Shown piece after piece: positions 1 to 10,434 of a DNA stretch of 64,000 nt. Numbering within the stretch: position 1 is the stretch's first letter; each line of letters opens with the position of its first letter. The stretch covers positions 32,001 to 96,000 of the forward strand of contig JAWBQR010000002.1 of the NCBI GenBank assembly GCA_038845265.1, read 5' to 3'. The position numbers were made by a program, and so were the translations under genes. The notes beneath the pieces were generated by a model. It was not told the DNA's origin. It was given only the letters and a program-made list of their open reading frames with translations, and made no database searches. The stretch is from Nitrososphaerota archaeon. GTDB lineage: Archaea; Thermoproteota; Nitrososphaeria_A; Caldarchaeales; Calditenuaceae.

Positions 1-261
1 AGCTATGTATGGAGCAGCTGAGCGCGGAAACGTTGCGGCTATAAAAGAGTAAGATACGAGTGATCCGAGCATCGTGAATAGCCATCCACCGATGATGGCT
101 AGCATTACGTCGCCGCCCTTAACTGCAAAGAAGACCCACCAAGGCGTCAGAACTATCGCTGCTAATGGTACTACGCCGTTCATGTTCGTGATAAGATGGT
201 CGAGAAATCCTATCTCCCTTACAAGGCCAGTTGACTCTCTAACGAAAACTTTACTGGCCAT
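1..261 (-). CDS. APC-family amino acid permease, N-terminal part (runs off window)
   Basis: Manual translation MASKVFVRESTGLVREIGFLDH...FPRSAAPY; the FVRE-S-TGLVRE N-terminus and hydrophobic helices are typical of archaeal APC permeases. Confidence 0.75.
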   Translation of the reverse strand, partial: MASKVFVRESTGLVREIGFLDHLITNMNGVVPLAAIVLTPWWVFFAVKGGDVMLAIIGGWLFTMLGSLVSYSFIAATFPRSAAPYIA

Positions 262-370
262 TTTCACATCAAATTTATCAAATAATGAGTTATATATATG
301 CATTTCCAAACATATAAATTACTGACAAGACGGATAGTATAATAACTATTTATTAAAATTTTCTATAATT

Positions 371-1549
371 TTAGAATGGTTCGACTCTATATTTTTCTAT
401 TGTTCTTTCATTTAGTTTGAACCCTAGTCCTGGTTTTTTTGGCACTTCTATGTATCCGTCTTTTGGCATTGGTGTTGGTTCTATAAGTTCAGATATTAGT
501 GGTGAGTAGGGATGGGGACTAGGCATCTCAATGTATGGCATATTTGGTACAACGGCTGCGAGATGAATCTCAGCAGCTACGCCAATCATCCATGCATATG
601 AATGTGGTATGCAGAGTTTTCCTTTCTCATACGCCATTGAGGCAATTCTAAGCATTTCAGTAATTCCACCCGTTCTAACTGCGCTTGGTTGAACTACATC
701 GACTTTTCCCTTTTCAATTAATTCTTTAAATTCAAACCGTGTTGTGAAGCCCCCGTCCCCGCAGGCTATACGTGTCTCGACTGAGTCTGCCAGCATTGCG
801 TATGCCTCTAATGAATCTGGTGGAAGCGGTGCCTCGACGAAGTAGACATTAAATGGCTCGATTGCTTTTATACTGGATAATGCCCTTGTATAATCATTCC
901 AGATATATTGAACATCTATCATGAGGTCTCGATTGCTGCCAATGGCTTCTCTCGCTGCCTGAACCAACTCAACATCATGCTTTACATCTTTTCTACCGAA
1001 TCCATCCTGACTTTCCTCCATTTTAACTGCTTCGAAACCTGCACCAATTGCGAGTGATAAGTTTCTCTTTACTTCTTCGGGGCTGCTTCCTGAAGGATAA
1101 ACCGTTGCATAGGGCTTTACGCGAAGCTTAGGCCCCATAATGTCTTGGTCCATGCGTGCAACATTACAAGCGCTCCAGATTAGTTCGAAGACGGGTTTTC
1201 CCAAAATTTTTCCTTTAATATCCCATAGCGCTGTGTCGATAGCAGTCATGACAGCTATTCCCGCTCCTCTACGCCCGTATAGCCACATGCTTGCATACAT
1301 TTTATGCCATAGTCTCTCTATATTCATTGGATCTTCACCAAGAAGTACTCTTTCTAATCCACCTTGATAATATCCAGTAATTTCCCATTCTCTTGTCTTT
1401 ATGAACGCCGAGGCAATCATTGCAGGAATTTCTACCTGCCCTATTCCTTCAACTCCTTCGTCAGTATGTACACGTATTATGCATGCACTCTTAACGACCT
1501 CTGCTTCAGGAGCATAGAGAGGTATAACTTCAACCTCAGTTATCTTCAC
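371..1549 (-). CDS. Mandelate racemase/muconate lactonizing enzyme family (enolase superfamily) protein
   Basis: IDTALWDIKGK, G.DPMNIERLW and KPGLG motifs; acidic metal-ligand pattern; GTG start. Confidence 0.85.
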   Translation of the reverse strand: MKITEVEVIPLYAPEAEVVKSACIIRVHTDEGVEGIGQVEIPAMIASAFIKTREWEITGYYQGGLERVLLGEDPMNIERLWHKMYASMWLYGRRGAGIAVMTAIDTALWDIKGKILGKPVFELIWSACNVARMDQDIMGPKLRVKPYATVYPSGSSPEEVKRNLSLAIGAGFEAVKMEESQDGFGRKDVKHDVELVQAAREAIGSNRDLMIDVQYIWNDYTRALSSIKAIEPFNVYFVEAPLPPDSLEAYAMLADSVETRIACGDGGFTTRFEFKELIEKGKVDVVQPSAVRTGGITEMLRIASMAYEKGKLCIPHSYAWMIGVAAEIHLAAVVPNMPYIEMPSPHPYSPLISELIEPTPMPKDGYIEVPKKPGLGFKLNERTIEKYRVEPF

Positions 1550-1609
1550 AAATATTATGTTAACTTATTCCTTTTTATAAGCCTTAAACAATTTTAAAAT
1601 GATGAATCA

Positions 1610-2350
1610 ATGGAACTGGCTGAAGTTCTCGAGAGAATCATGAACGGTTTGAGTTCCGGCAAAACATTAATAATTGTAGGTAGGATGTATGCTCATTATT
1701 TGGGGAGGTCAACTAGTTGGCTTACGGAAGGAGATAGGCTGCTTATAATCAAGAGCGATAAATCAATTTTACTTCATAGACCAACGGGATACGAGCCCGT
1801 AAATTGGCAGCCGCCAGGAGTAGTAATAAATGCACAAATAACGGAAGAGGGTCTCATACTAGAGTGCAGCCGCAAATCGCCACCAGAAATTCTGAAGATA
1901 ATAATCACCGAAGTTTACTCCGTGGAGTCTTATAAATTGATTGATAAAGGTGAATTTACTATTCACGCGAGAGAAGAAGACATGAAGATGGCCATAATTG
2001 AGTCACCGAGCATCATTGAGCCTGGGTTAAAGATTATCGAGACTGAAAGGAGGATTGGTAATGAATATATTGATGTACTAGCCGTGGACTCAGCTGGACA
2101 AATAGTTATAATTGAGATAAAACGTAGAAGAGCAACGAAACAAGACATAGAACAGATAGCACACTATGCTAGCCTGCTCGAAGAAGAATTAGGAAGGACC
2201 CCCAGAAAGATTCTAGTAGCTCCCTCAATTTCGAAAGAAGCAGCATCACTAGGCATGATCTTAAGAGTAGAGTATAAGTGTTTTTCGCCCAGACTAGCAT
2301 ATGAGATACTTTCAAAAAAGAAAGGATTAGATAAATTCCTTAAAAATTGA
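1610..2350 (+). CDS. nucS: Mismatch-specific endonuclease NucS/EndoMS
   Basis: Y.GR, DRLLIIK.D.SILLH, P.NWQPPG; nuclease motif IDVL...EIKR...Q...Y. Confidence 0.9.
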   Translation: MELAEVLERIMNGLSSGKTLIIVGRMYAHYLGRSTSWLTEGDRLLIIKSDKSILLHRPTGYEPVNWQPPGVVINAQITEEGLILECSRKSPPEILKIIITEVYSVESYKLIDKGEFTIHAREEDMKMAIIESPSIIEPGLKIIETERRIGNEYIDVLAVDSAGQIVIIEIKRRRATKQDIEQIAHYASLLEEELGRTPRKILVAPSISKEAASLGMILRVEYKCFSPRLAYEILSKKKGLDKFLKN

Positions 2351-2394
2351 TAATAAAGCTTAATTTAAGCTAACTATCTACTAATGATGGGGGT

Positions 2395-3873
2395 TTGTCC
2401 CATAACTCATCTTCAATCGGGTTTAATCTGATTCAGCAACTAGTCCTAGGGCCTAGGCAGCGTCTCATATTAAGGCTAGGCTTCTTGAGGTGCAGTAAAT
2501 GTAAATCCAGGCCAATAGACATTCTTTTTGATGAGTATTTAGGAAAGCAACATAAGGAATGCATAAAATGCAAATCAGTAGTCTCAATTCTACGTTTTTT
2601 CATTGATTTTTCATTAAAAGTTATGCATATACCAAGTGAGTCTCTTCACAGAGTATTAGATATACCATATTGGAGAAAAGGAATAGTAGCGACAATAAAG
2701 GGACTAGCATACTTCGGTGCAAATAAACCAATCACTACTGGTGCCCCTCTCTTTGTGGTATGGAACTTTACAAATAAATGTAATTTGAGATGTAAGCACT
2801 GCTATCAAAATGCTGGTCACTCTCTCTCAAACGAATTAAATACTAATGAGGCACTAGGAGTGGTGAAGGACCTCTCGAATTCAGACGTTTCATCGATAGC
2901 CTTCTCTGGTGGTGAACCATTACTAAGACTTGACTTCTTTAAAGTTGCTAACTACGCAAAAGATTGCGGAATGTATGTAGCCGTAGCTACAAATGGAACC
3001 TTAATAACTAGCGATATTGCAAAAAAGCTTTCAAAAACGGTCCACTATGTCGAGATAAGTTTAGACGGTGCTACGCCTAGGGTGCATGATGATTTTAGAG
3101 GCGTTTCTGGTAGTTGGGAGAGAGCAATTACCGGAATTAAATACCTCATAAACGAGGGAGTTACCGTTGGAATAGCAACTACTGCGACTAAAAACAACGT
3201 CGACGAAATGCATAGAATAATTGACTTAGCCGAACAGTTAGATGCAGATTACTTCATATGCTTTAATTTTATCCCCACAGGTAGGGGTCAAAAAATAATA
3301 CATTCAGATCTTTCTCCCCTCGAACGTGAGGAACTGCTTCGAAGTCTTTATAGACGACTAATTCTTAACATGATAAACAAGAAGAAGACTCAGATCTATA
3401 GTACGGCTCCCCAATTTGCTAGGGTTGGATTAGAGATGCAAAGACAAATTATAAATGAATTATGTCTGGGTCTTTCTGGATTTCAGCCGATTATACCTGC
3501 ATCACATTATGCCAATCTTCCTGGATTGACCCCTGCTTTAGCTGAATTCATAGGTGGATGTGGTGCAGGGCGTGTCTATGCTGCCATAAGTCCTGAGGGA
3601 GACGTATATCCCTGTGTATTCATGCCTATAAAGCTAGGCAGCCTCAGAAAACATAGATTTGAGCACATCTGGTTATACTCACCAGTTCTAAACGAGTTAA
3701 GGGATAGGAATAATTTGAAGGGTGGTTGTAGTATTTGTCCATACAAGTATGTATGTGGAGGCTGCAGGGCAAGGGCTTATGGATATTTCGGAGACTACCT
3801 CATGCATGATCCAGGATGCATCAGGAGAATAATCGCGGATAAATTCCAACAACTGCAAATGATAAAATCATGA
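2395..3873 (+). CDS. Radical SAM/SPASM protein with N-terminal CxxC...CxxC extension
   Basis: CNLRCKHC, SGGEP, SPASM CGAG...PC...CSIC...CGGCR...C. Confidence 0.85.
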   Translation: MSHNSSSIGFNLIQQLVLGPRQRLILRLGFLRCSKCKSRPIDILFDEYLGKQHKECIKCKSVVSILRFFIDFSLKVMHIPSESLHRVLDIPYWRKGIVATIKGLAYFGANKPITTGAPLFVVWNFTNKCNLRCKHCYQNAGHSLSNELNTNEALGVVKDLSNSDVSSIAFSGGEPLLRLDFFKVANYAKDCGMYVAVATNGTLITSDIAKKLSKTVHYVEISLDGATPRVHDDFRGVSGSWERAITGIKYLINEGVTVGIATTATKNNVDEMHRIIDLAEQLDADYFICFNFIPTGRGQKIIHSDLSPLEREELLRSLYRRLILNMINKKKTQIYSTAPQFARVGLEMQRQIINELCLGLSGFQPIIPASHYANLPGLTPALAEFIGGCGAGRVYAAISPEGDVYPCVFMPIKLGSLRKHRFEHIWLYSPVLNELRDRNNLKGGCSICPYKYVCGGCRARAYGYFGDYLMHDPGCIRRIIADKFQQLQMIKS

Positions 3874-3889
3874 ATAAATTAAGGACCAA

Positions 3890-5122
3890 TTAGAATAGCA
3901 TGGCCTTCCCTTCCAATATTATGTCAGTTATCCTTGTTATGTTCTTTAACTCAGTAAGCAATATTTCAGAAACCTCATATTTTATTGCTGAGTTGATCTG
4001 TCGAGATGGGATATACTGTATTGAAATTGAGAGAGGTCGGTCAATTCTTCTTCCAATCTGTGAGAGTAGCCTCACGTAGATCTCTTCAAATGCTCCGGTC
4101 TCTCTATAGATTTTATCAGCTATCCTGAATGCTATAACATTGTATATCTTTCCGACATGCGATATTGCGTTTTTACCCGCTGTAGCCTCTAGTGACATTT
4201 GTCTATTCGGAGTTATTAGTCCGGACGCCCTATTACCCCTGCCGGTATTCCCATCGTCTCCATGCTCGGCAGATGTTCCAGTAACAGTAAGATATATCGA
4301 ACTATTCTCTGGGTCTCCTTCCACAATCTTGTCTGCAGTGTTAACATACACATCGACCGGGCAATTTTCAACGAGTTTAGCGGCTAAATCTGAGACTCTA
4401 TCAGCTATCTCCTCTTTTACAGATATGTAGTGGTCAAGGTCTGGTGTCAGGTGTGAGACTATTCCGTCAGCGATAGTCAGTACAATCTTGTCTTTCATTC
4501 TTATGCCCATGACTTTACAGTCTTCTCCGCTTTCTTGAATAATGCTTTTGAATCTCTGCGAGTTGATTAGTCGTTCTGTCTCTAGGACTAGCTTCTCTAG
4601 TGGAGTAAATGGTGCATATCCTACGCCGAATGAGGTATCATTAGATAATGGTATTTCTGTCTCGGCCTCTACCACGTTAATTAAGTCTTCACTTCCTTGT
4701 CTAATTTTATAATCAATGACGACATGCCTATCCGGGTCTAAGAACCTGAAGTTTTTCCTTATGAAGTTTTTCACGGCTTCTTGAACTATTCTTCCTATAG
4801 GGACTTCGTGTTTTTCACCATGTGCATTTACATGAAGAGTCGCGCGTCCGGCAATTAGTATGTATATTGGCTCGTCAACAGTCCCTCCACCCAATCTCGG
4901 CGTAGCTTTTCCACCCACCAAGAGTCCTTTGTCGAGGTTGTGATGAAGAATTCTGCCAAATTTCTCGATGTAGTATTTTGATAGTGCAACGCTTGATGCT
5001 TCACAGGCTGCATCGATCATGTAGTCTGGATGACCGAGACCCTTTCTCTCGACTATCTCAACTGCATGTTTATAGACTGGAACCCCTCTTATTCGCTCGA
5101 ATATTATCTTCGTTTTCTGCAT
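3890..5122 (-). CDS. mat: Archaeal S-adenosylmethionine synthetase
   Basis: EIVERKGLGHPD, NDTSFGVG, GRGNR..GLITP, GKN..SHVGKIY. Confidence 0.95.
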   Translation of the reverse strand: MQKTKIIFERIRGVPVYKHAVEIVERKGLGHPDYMIDAACEASSVALSKYYIEKFGRILHHNLDKGLLVGGKATPRLGGGTVDEPIYILIAGRATLHVNAHGEKHEVPIGRIVQEAVKNFIRKNFRFLDPDRHVVIDYKIRQGSEDLINVVEAETEIPLSNDTSFGVGYAPFTPLEKLVLETERLINSQRFKSIIQESGEDCKVMGIRMKDKIVLTIADGIVSHLTPDLDHYISVKEEIADRVSDLAAKLVENCPVDVYVNTADKIVEGDPENSSIYLTVTGTSAEHGDDGNTGRGNRASGLITPNRQMSLEATAGKNAISHVGKIYNVIAFRIADKIYRETGAFEEIYVRLLSQIGRRIDRPLSISIQYIPSRQINSAIKYEVSEILLTELKNITRITDIILEGKAMLF

Positions 5123-5193
5123 ATCTTATCCTTCAGTGGGCATATCAAGGCAGTATTTAAGAGCATTTCAAATTTTAACACTCTGAAAAGGTG

Positions 5194-5436
5194 TTACTCC
5201 GAGTACTCGAGCTGTATGTACATTATGTTGTTTCCTCTTATGAGTATATAGGGATAGTTTGCTCTTCTGTCATTGTTGTAAAATTCCGTCGCCTTCTCGA
5301 GCACTAAATTCATGTAGTTATCAGTCTCGAGCATGACGCCACTATATGCCACCTCATTCTTCAAAGTGACCTTTATGGGCTTATCGATGTATTTCTTAAT
5401 CAATGTAAGAGGCTTTACTCCGAATTCATTGCTCAA
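5194..5436 (-). CDS. Sm/Lsm-like RNA-binding protein
   Basis: Sm1 motif V.LKN...Y.G.....D.YMNLVL and Sm2 motif IRGNN. Confidence 0.9.
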   Translation of the reverse strand: MSNEFGVKPLTLIKKYIDKPIKVTLKNEVAYSGVMLETDNYMNLVLEKATEFYNNDRRANYPYILIRGNNIMYIQLEYSE

Positions 5437-5479
5437 CTTGTTATTCAGATATTGCTCTGAATAACGCTAATTTAAGCAT

Positions 5480-6070
5480 TTACTTGAAGATCCTAGAGGC
5501 TAGGTCTGGAGATACTTCAAGCTCGCTGAAGCATAGTCCGCAGATATATATGTTATCGCCCAGCTTTGCCGCCTTAGCTAGATTGCCTCCACATACAGGA
5601 CAGGCTTTTTCAGGATTGCTTTCTATCTCAAGCCTGGCTCCACACTTAGTACAATTTGTTGATCCTAGGGGTAGCGTCTCTCCGCAAGAAAGACAAATAA
5701 TCGTCGTTCCTGCGGTTTTAACCTTGATTAGAGAAGCTTCTTTCTTAACACCCTGCTCCTGTAATTCTCTTTTATTTTGAGGCGTTCTGGCTGGGCTCTC
5801 GGATTCTACACCTAAACTTCTAGATAATTCTTCTTCAACTTCATGGTTGTCGACTCCAGTAATTTCGAGTTCTCTCATTTGTGTCTGTAATTCTGCCTGC
5901 CTAATCATCTCCTTAACGCCATCTCTGAAGACCATAAGCCCACTAATAGTTACGGGAGCACCACAGATGGCAAGCAGTAGATAGAGAGGAATCTCTGGAA
6001 AAATTTCTTGGCTAAGAATAGGGCCTATTCCTTGCTCAGCTACGGCCATGTATATAAGTGTAGGGATCAA
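5480..6070 (-). CDS. Membrane protein with C-terminal double zinc ribbon (true start possibly CTG at 6124 or 6127)
   Basis: Hydrophobic N-terminus and four CxxC pairs; the frame stays open to 6133 with GGTGA upstream. Confidence 0.65.
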   Translation of the reverse strand: MIPTLIYMAVAEQGIGPILSQEIFPEIPLYLLLAICGAPVTISGLMVFRDGVKEMIRQAELQTQMRELEITGVDNHEVEEELSRSLGVESESPARTPQNKRELQEQGVKKEASLIKVKTAGTTIICLSCGETLPLGSTNCTKCGARLEIESNPEKACPVCGGNLAKAAKLGDNIYICGLCFSELEVSPDLASRIFK

Positions 6071-6212
6071 CGTAATACCTAGCCCTAATCCAGAAATTAA
6101 GAGTCCAAGCGTGGTCTTAGCCAGCAGTCTTCTTCACCCTCTTAATTCCAGTATTAGTAAATATTAAAGTATATTTCATAATTCATCTAGCCTTGAAAAT
6201 CGCTTCAGAAAT

Positions 6213-7103
6213 TCATCGCTTCCTGTACTCTCTAAGCTTGTTAGTAAGCACTTCAAAATATTTGTCTCTATTAATAATTAAGTGATGTCTTTTCACGAAG
6301 AAGTCAATTATATTTGATAAATCGCGCACTAAATATCTCTCAGCCATTCTATGTGTAGGTCTCACCCATTGCGGCCAATCAATTATAACTATCTCATCAT
6401 TATTCTTTAGCAAGACGTTGTAAGCGCTTAGATCGCAATGTATTACCCCAGCCTCTAATGCCATCTCAATCGAATTTATTATGGACTCGAAAATTCTCAT
6501 CGGCCTTTCTAATTTTTTAATCTTAGGTAATGGGTCACCTTCAATCAGAGACGTAACGATTACGTGTCTATTCCTAGATATTGGCAGCGGAGAAGGAACG
6601 TTGTTTAAAGATAAAATCTTGAGAGCTTCTATCTCTTTTGCAGCCGTTCTTTTTGATGCTTCTAGATAACTCGGATGAGTAATTACCTCATCCCTAAACC
6701 GCACATACTTCTTCATGCTCGGACTCCCAATTCGATAAAACTTCACAGCAACTACATTCTTCTCAGAGGTCATACCGACGTAGATCTCTGCCTCTTTCCC
6801 AATTCCTATCTTTGAGCCGATGAAGCTCAAGATTCCTCTTCTTGATAAGGCGATAAGAGCGAGCGTATCTAACCCATTAAAATTTAACGTGAAACCCTTT
6901 TCTCTCCCTTTGGGTGCCCATATAAGATGCTTAGAGTGTAGTTCGTCAATAAGCTTACTAATATATTCCCTAGACTTATTAGTCTTTCTTGCTATTTGCT
7001 CTATGGAGACGATATATTTTGAACGCATAAAGTCCTCTATAGTCCTTAGTATCATTACGTGGTCATCAGTCATCTCTGCGACAAAGCTAGCAATCTCTCT
7101 CAA
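6213..7103 (-). CDS. rio2: RIO2-family serine/threonine kinase
   Basis: N-terminal wHTH, GIGKEA, HCDLSAYN, IIDWPQ. Confidence 0.9.
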   Translation of the reverse strand: MREIASFVAEMTDDHVMILRTIEDFMRSKYIVSIEQIARKTNKSREYISKLIDELHSKHLIWAPKGREKGFTLNFNGLDTLALIALSRRGILSFIGSKIGIGKEAEIYVGMTSEKNVVAVKFYRIGSPSMKKYVRFRDEVITHPSYLEASKRTAAKEIEALKILSLNNVPSPLPISRNRHVIVTSLIEGDPLPKIKKLERPMRIFESIINSIEMALEAGVIHCDLSAYNVLLKNNDEIVIIDWPQWVRPTHRMAERYLVRDLSNIIDFFVKRHHLIINRDKYFEVLTNKLREYRKR

Positions 7104-7149
7104 GAACGTAATCTATTAATAAGTGAGGCATTTATTATTATTTTTTGGT

Positions 7150-10100
7150 TTATTTTGCAAGACAAATTATTGCATAATTATCATTAATTTTCCATTCTTT
7201 AATGTATCCCATGTCTGGACTAGGGGGCTCTCTTAAGAAAGTAAGTCTCGTCCTAGTTTCTTCCTCTATGTAGTCTGTCATCTGCCTGATATAGTCACTA
7301 ACTGTTGGTGAGTCAAGATAAATCATGCATTGAGCCTCCTGTGTTATTTCGAGTTTTAGCTCTTTCCTCATTACCTGTATACGTCTTATTAATTCATTGG
7401 ATATTGATACAGCTCTCAACCTTTGATCTTCTCTTAGATCGATGTATACCTTTCCAAACTTTCCCTCTCCCATTACTAAATATTCAGGAAGACTCTCAGT
7501 AAACACTACGTCACCTTCTTCTAATTCAAAGACCGACTTATCAGGTAAGACTAGCTCATACTTCTTGCCCGACTCAAATGTGTCTGAAACTTCTCGAGGC
7601 TTTAAATTCTTTAGAGCCTCAATTACTAGTGGCAAACGTTTACCAGCCTTAGGGCCAAGTCTTGAAAGAACAGGCTCAACCTTAATGACTGTCTCCACTG
7701 GTATCTTAGATGGCTCTAATATTTCTAAAGAAAAGCAGTTTATTTGTCGCATTAGGTAATTCCTGAACTTCTCGCAAGCCTCCTTAACCCTATACGTGTT
7801 AGGAGAAATTATCACTCTTAATACTGGCCACCTTAATTTTCTTTTGCCACGCTGCCTAGCATTTAGCGATGCCGTTATGATATCTTCTACTATCTGCATC
7901 GCGTCCTCCAGTTCCTGGTCAATTAACCTATCGTCTGGCCTAGGCCATTTGTTAAAATTAACGCTTTCAGGAAGACTCTTTGACCTGAGAAGTTGATAAA
8001 GATATTCAGAGATGTATGGAGCGAATATTGAAAGTACAATTAAGTAACGTATAATAACGTAATATAGCGCAGCATATGATGCTAACTTCTGAAACGTTCG
8101 CTCCTCGGCCCAGAATCTTCTCCTCACAGCTCTTACATATGTTCTGCTAAGATCTTCCGATGCGAATTTCAAAATCGCCCTTGCAGCTTCATGAAACTCA
8201 AATCTTTCGATAGCCCCTGTTATGTATCTTATAAGTGAATTTATACGAGAAACAAGCCATCTATCTTCAGGCTCAGCATAAGGAAGCATCGCTTCTAGTC
8301 CTTCTCTCTCCGGATCATATCTGTCCAGATCGAAGTAAGTCTTGGCAAATGATACAACGTTCCAGAGTATGTTGAGTGTTGACTCTACCTGCCTGACTTC
8401 CTCAGGATCAAAGTTAATTGAGTCCCAAGGCTGAGCCTTGGAGAGTATGTAGAGCCTAAGATTATCTACACCCCACCTCTCAAAGGCCTCTGAAGCCCAT
8501 ATGACGTTTCCTCTGCTCTTTGACATCTTTTTTCCCTCCTTATCAAGAACATGTCCCTGATTAAGCACAACCTTATACGGTGCCTTCTCAAACATCAATG
8601 CAGACGTAAAAAGTAAAGTGTAAAACCAACCACGGGTCTGGTCTATCGCCTCAGTGATGAAGTCATAGGGAAAGAGACGCTCAAAGAGCTTCTTGTCAGA
8701 TAAATAATCAATACTGGCGAAATGTGCCACACCTGAGTCAAGCCAAGTATCTAGGACGAAGGGCTCTCGCTTCATCTCTCCGCCGCACTCTTTGCATCTA
8801 AAGATGAATTGATCTATCCAAGGCCTATGAAGCCTAATTACGGGTGGCTTGACGTCAGCTTGCAATAACTCTTCTTTTGAACCTACAACCTTGATGGCCC
8901 CGCACTTCTCACATGTCCAGACGTTGAGAGGTGTCCCCCAAATTTTTGTCCTAGAAATGCACCAGTCCTCAGCATTCTGCAGCCACTCCCCAAATCTACT
9001 CTCGCCGGCCCAAGGAGGATACCACTTCACCTTCGAGTTCTCTTCTATCATTATCTTCTTGATTCTATCAACTTTGAGAAACCACTGCCTACTGGATAGG
9101 TAGATGAGTGGCGTGCCGCATCTCCAGCAGTGGGGATAGCTATGTATGATTCTATCCTCATGAAATAGTAGTCCTTTACTTCTCAAGATATCGAGTATGA
9201 TTATTGATGCTTCTTTGTGGTATAGATCCTTAAGGTTGCCTGCCTCTTGCGTGAAGTATCCTGACTGATTTATTGGGCATAGGACTGGAAGTCCATATAT
9301 CCGGCCAAGCTCGAAGTCCTCGGGCCCATGTCCAGGCGCTATATGTACTAGCCCAGTCCCTTCTTCCATCGATACGAATTCTGCCGGAAGAACAGTGTGT
9401 GCTGGCTCGAGATGTGTACCATGTATTGATACCTCCTCAGCGAGTGGATGAATATATCTTAGGCCGACCAGTTCATCTCCTGAAAGTCTTCTAACTATTT
9501 GGTAATTCTTCCCAGTTATTGTAGTAACTTTTTCGAGGAGCTTTGCAGCTACGATTAGCCGCTCTCCATCGATGAGGACTTCAAGGTATTCTTCGTCTGG
9601 GTGGACGGCGACAGCTTCATTTGCGGGTAGGGTCCATGGAGTTGTTGTCCAGACAAGTAGGCTTGCATCACGGTCAGCCAGCTTGAACTTAACGTATATG
9701 GAGTAGTCTTCGATTTCTTCGTATCCTTGGGCGAGTTCGTGGGATGATAGTGGTGTCTCGCAGCGTGGGCATACCGGTACTACCTTGTAGCTTAGGGTTA
9801 GGTCGCCTTCTTGGTATGCTTTTTTGAGGAGGTGCCAGACGTGTTCCATGTATCTTTCTTTTCTTGTTTCGTAGGCGTTGTCGTAGTCTAGCCATAGGGC
9901 GAGTCTTTCTGAGTCTTTTCTCCATTTCTCGATGTAGTAATCGACGAGTTTGTTTGCTTCTTCGACGAATTTTTCGAGTCCTATTTTTTCTTCTATGTCT
10001 CGTTTTGTGAGTTTTTGGGTGCCGAGTTGTTCCATTAGTCTTTTTTCTACTTCTATCTCTGTTGGGAGTCCTTGGCAGTCCCATCCTGCTCTTCTCCAGA

Positions 10101-10332
10101 CGTTCATTCCTTTGAGGGTTTGGTATCTGAGTACGAGGTCTTTGTAGATTCGTCCTCGGGCGTGTCCTATGTGCATGTAGCCGTTTACTGTTGGTGGGCC
10201 TTCTAGGAATGCGTATGTTGGTCCGTTGGGGTTCATTTGGCGGAATCGTTCTGGTATTTTGTTTTCTTTCCAGAATTTTTCTACTTCTGTTTCTACGTGT
10301 TTGTGGTTGTATGTTGGTGGTAGGGCGTACAT
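7150..10332 (-). CDS. ileS: Isoleucine--tRNA ligase
   Basis: EGPP, HIGH, GWDCQGLP, WTTTPWTLP, GTGLVH, DQTRGWF, KMSKS. Confidence 0.97.
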   Translation of the reverse strand: MYALPPTYNHKHVETEVEKFWKENKIPERFRQMNPNGPTYAFLEGPPTVNGYMHIGHARGRIYKDLVLRYQTLKGMNVWRRAGWDCQGLPTEIEVEKRLMEQLGTQKLTKRDIEEKIGLEKFVEEANKLVDYYIEKWRKDSERLALWLDYDNAYETRKERYMEHVWHLLKKAYQEGDLTLSYKVVPVCPRCETPLSSHELAQGYEEIEDYSIYVKFKLADRDASLLVWTTTPWTLPANEAVAVHPDEEYLEVLIDGERLIVAAKLLEKVTTITGKNYQIVRRLSGDELVGLRYIHPLAEEVSIHGTHLEPAHTVLPAEFVSMEEGTGLVHIAPGHGPEDFELGRIYGLPVLCPINQSGYFTQEAGNLKDLYHKEASIIILDILRSKGLLFHEDRIIHSYPHCWRCGTPLIYLSSRQWFLKVDRIKKIMIEENSKVKWYPPWAGESRFGEWLQNAEDWCISRTKIWGTPLNVWTCEKCGAIKVVGSKEELLQADVKPPVIRLHRPWIDQFIFRCKECGGEMKREPFVLDTWLDSGVAHFASIDYLSDKKLFERLFPYDFITEAIDQTRGWFYTLLFTSALMFEKAPYKVVLNQGHVLDKEGKKMSKSRGNVIWASEAFERWGVDNLRLYILSKAQPWDSINFDPEEVRQVESTLNILWNVVSFAKTYFDLDRYDPEREGLEAMLPYAEPEDRWLVSRINSLIRYITGAIERFEFHEAARAILKFASEDLSRTYVRAVRRRFWAEERTFQKLASYAALYYVIIRYLIVLSIFAPYISEYLYQLLRSKSLPESVNFNKWPRPDDRLIDQELEDAMQIVEDIITASLNARQRGKRKLRWPVLRVIISPNTYRVKEACEKFRNYLMRQINCFSLEILEPSKIPVETVIKVEPVLSRLGPKAGKRLPLVIEALKNLKPREVSDTFESGKKYELVLPDKSVFELEEGDVVFTESLPEYLVMGEGKFGKVYIDLREDQRLRAVSISNELIRRIQVMRKELKLEITQEAQCMIYLDSPTVSDYIRQMTDYIEEETRTRLTFLREPPSPDMGYIKEWKINDNYAIICLAK

Positions 10333-10434
10333 TTTTTGCTATTTTTCTTTTTATGGTCTGCGTATTTTAGGGTTTTTTGTGGTTTAGGAGGTGGGTGCTA
10401 GAGGGTTAAATGTGGGGTTTGTTTGGTTTTGTTT

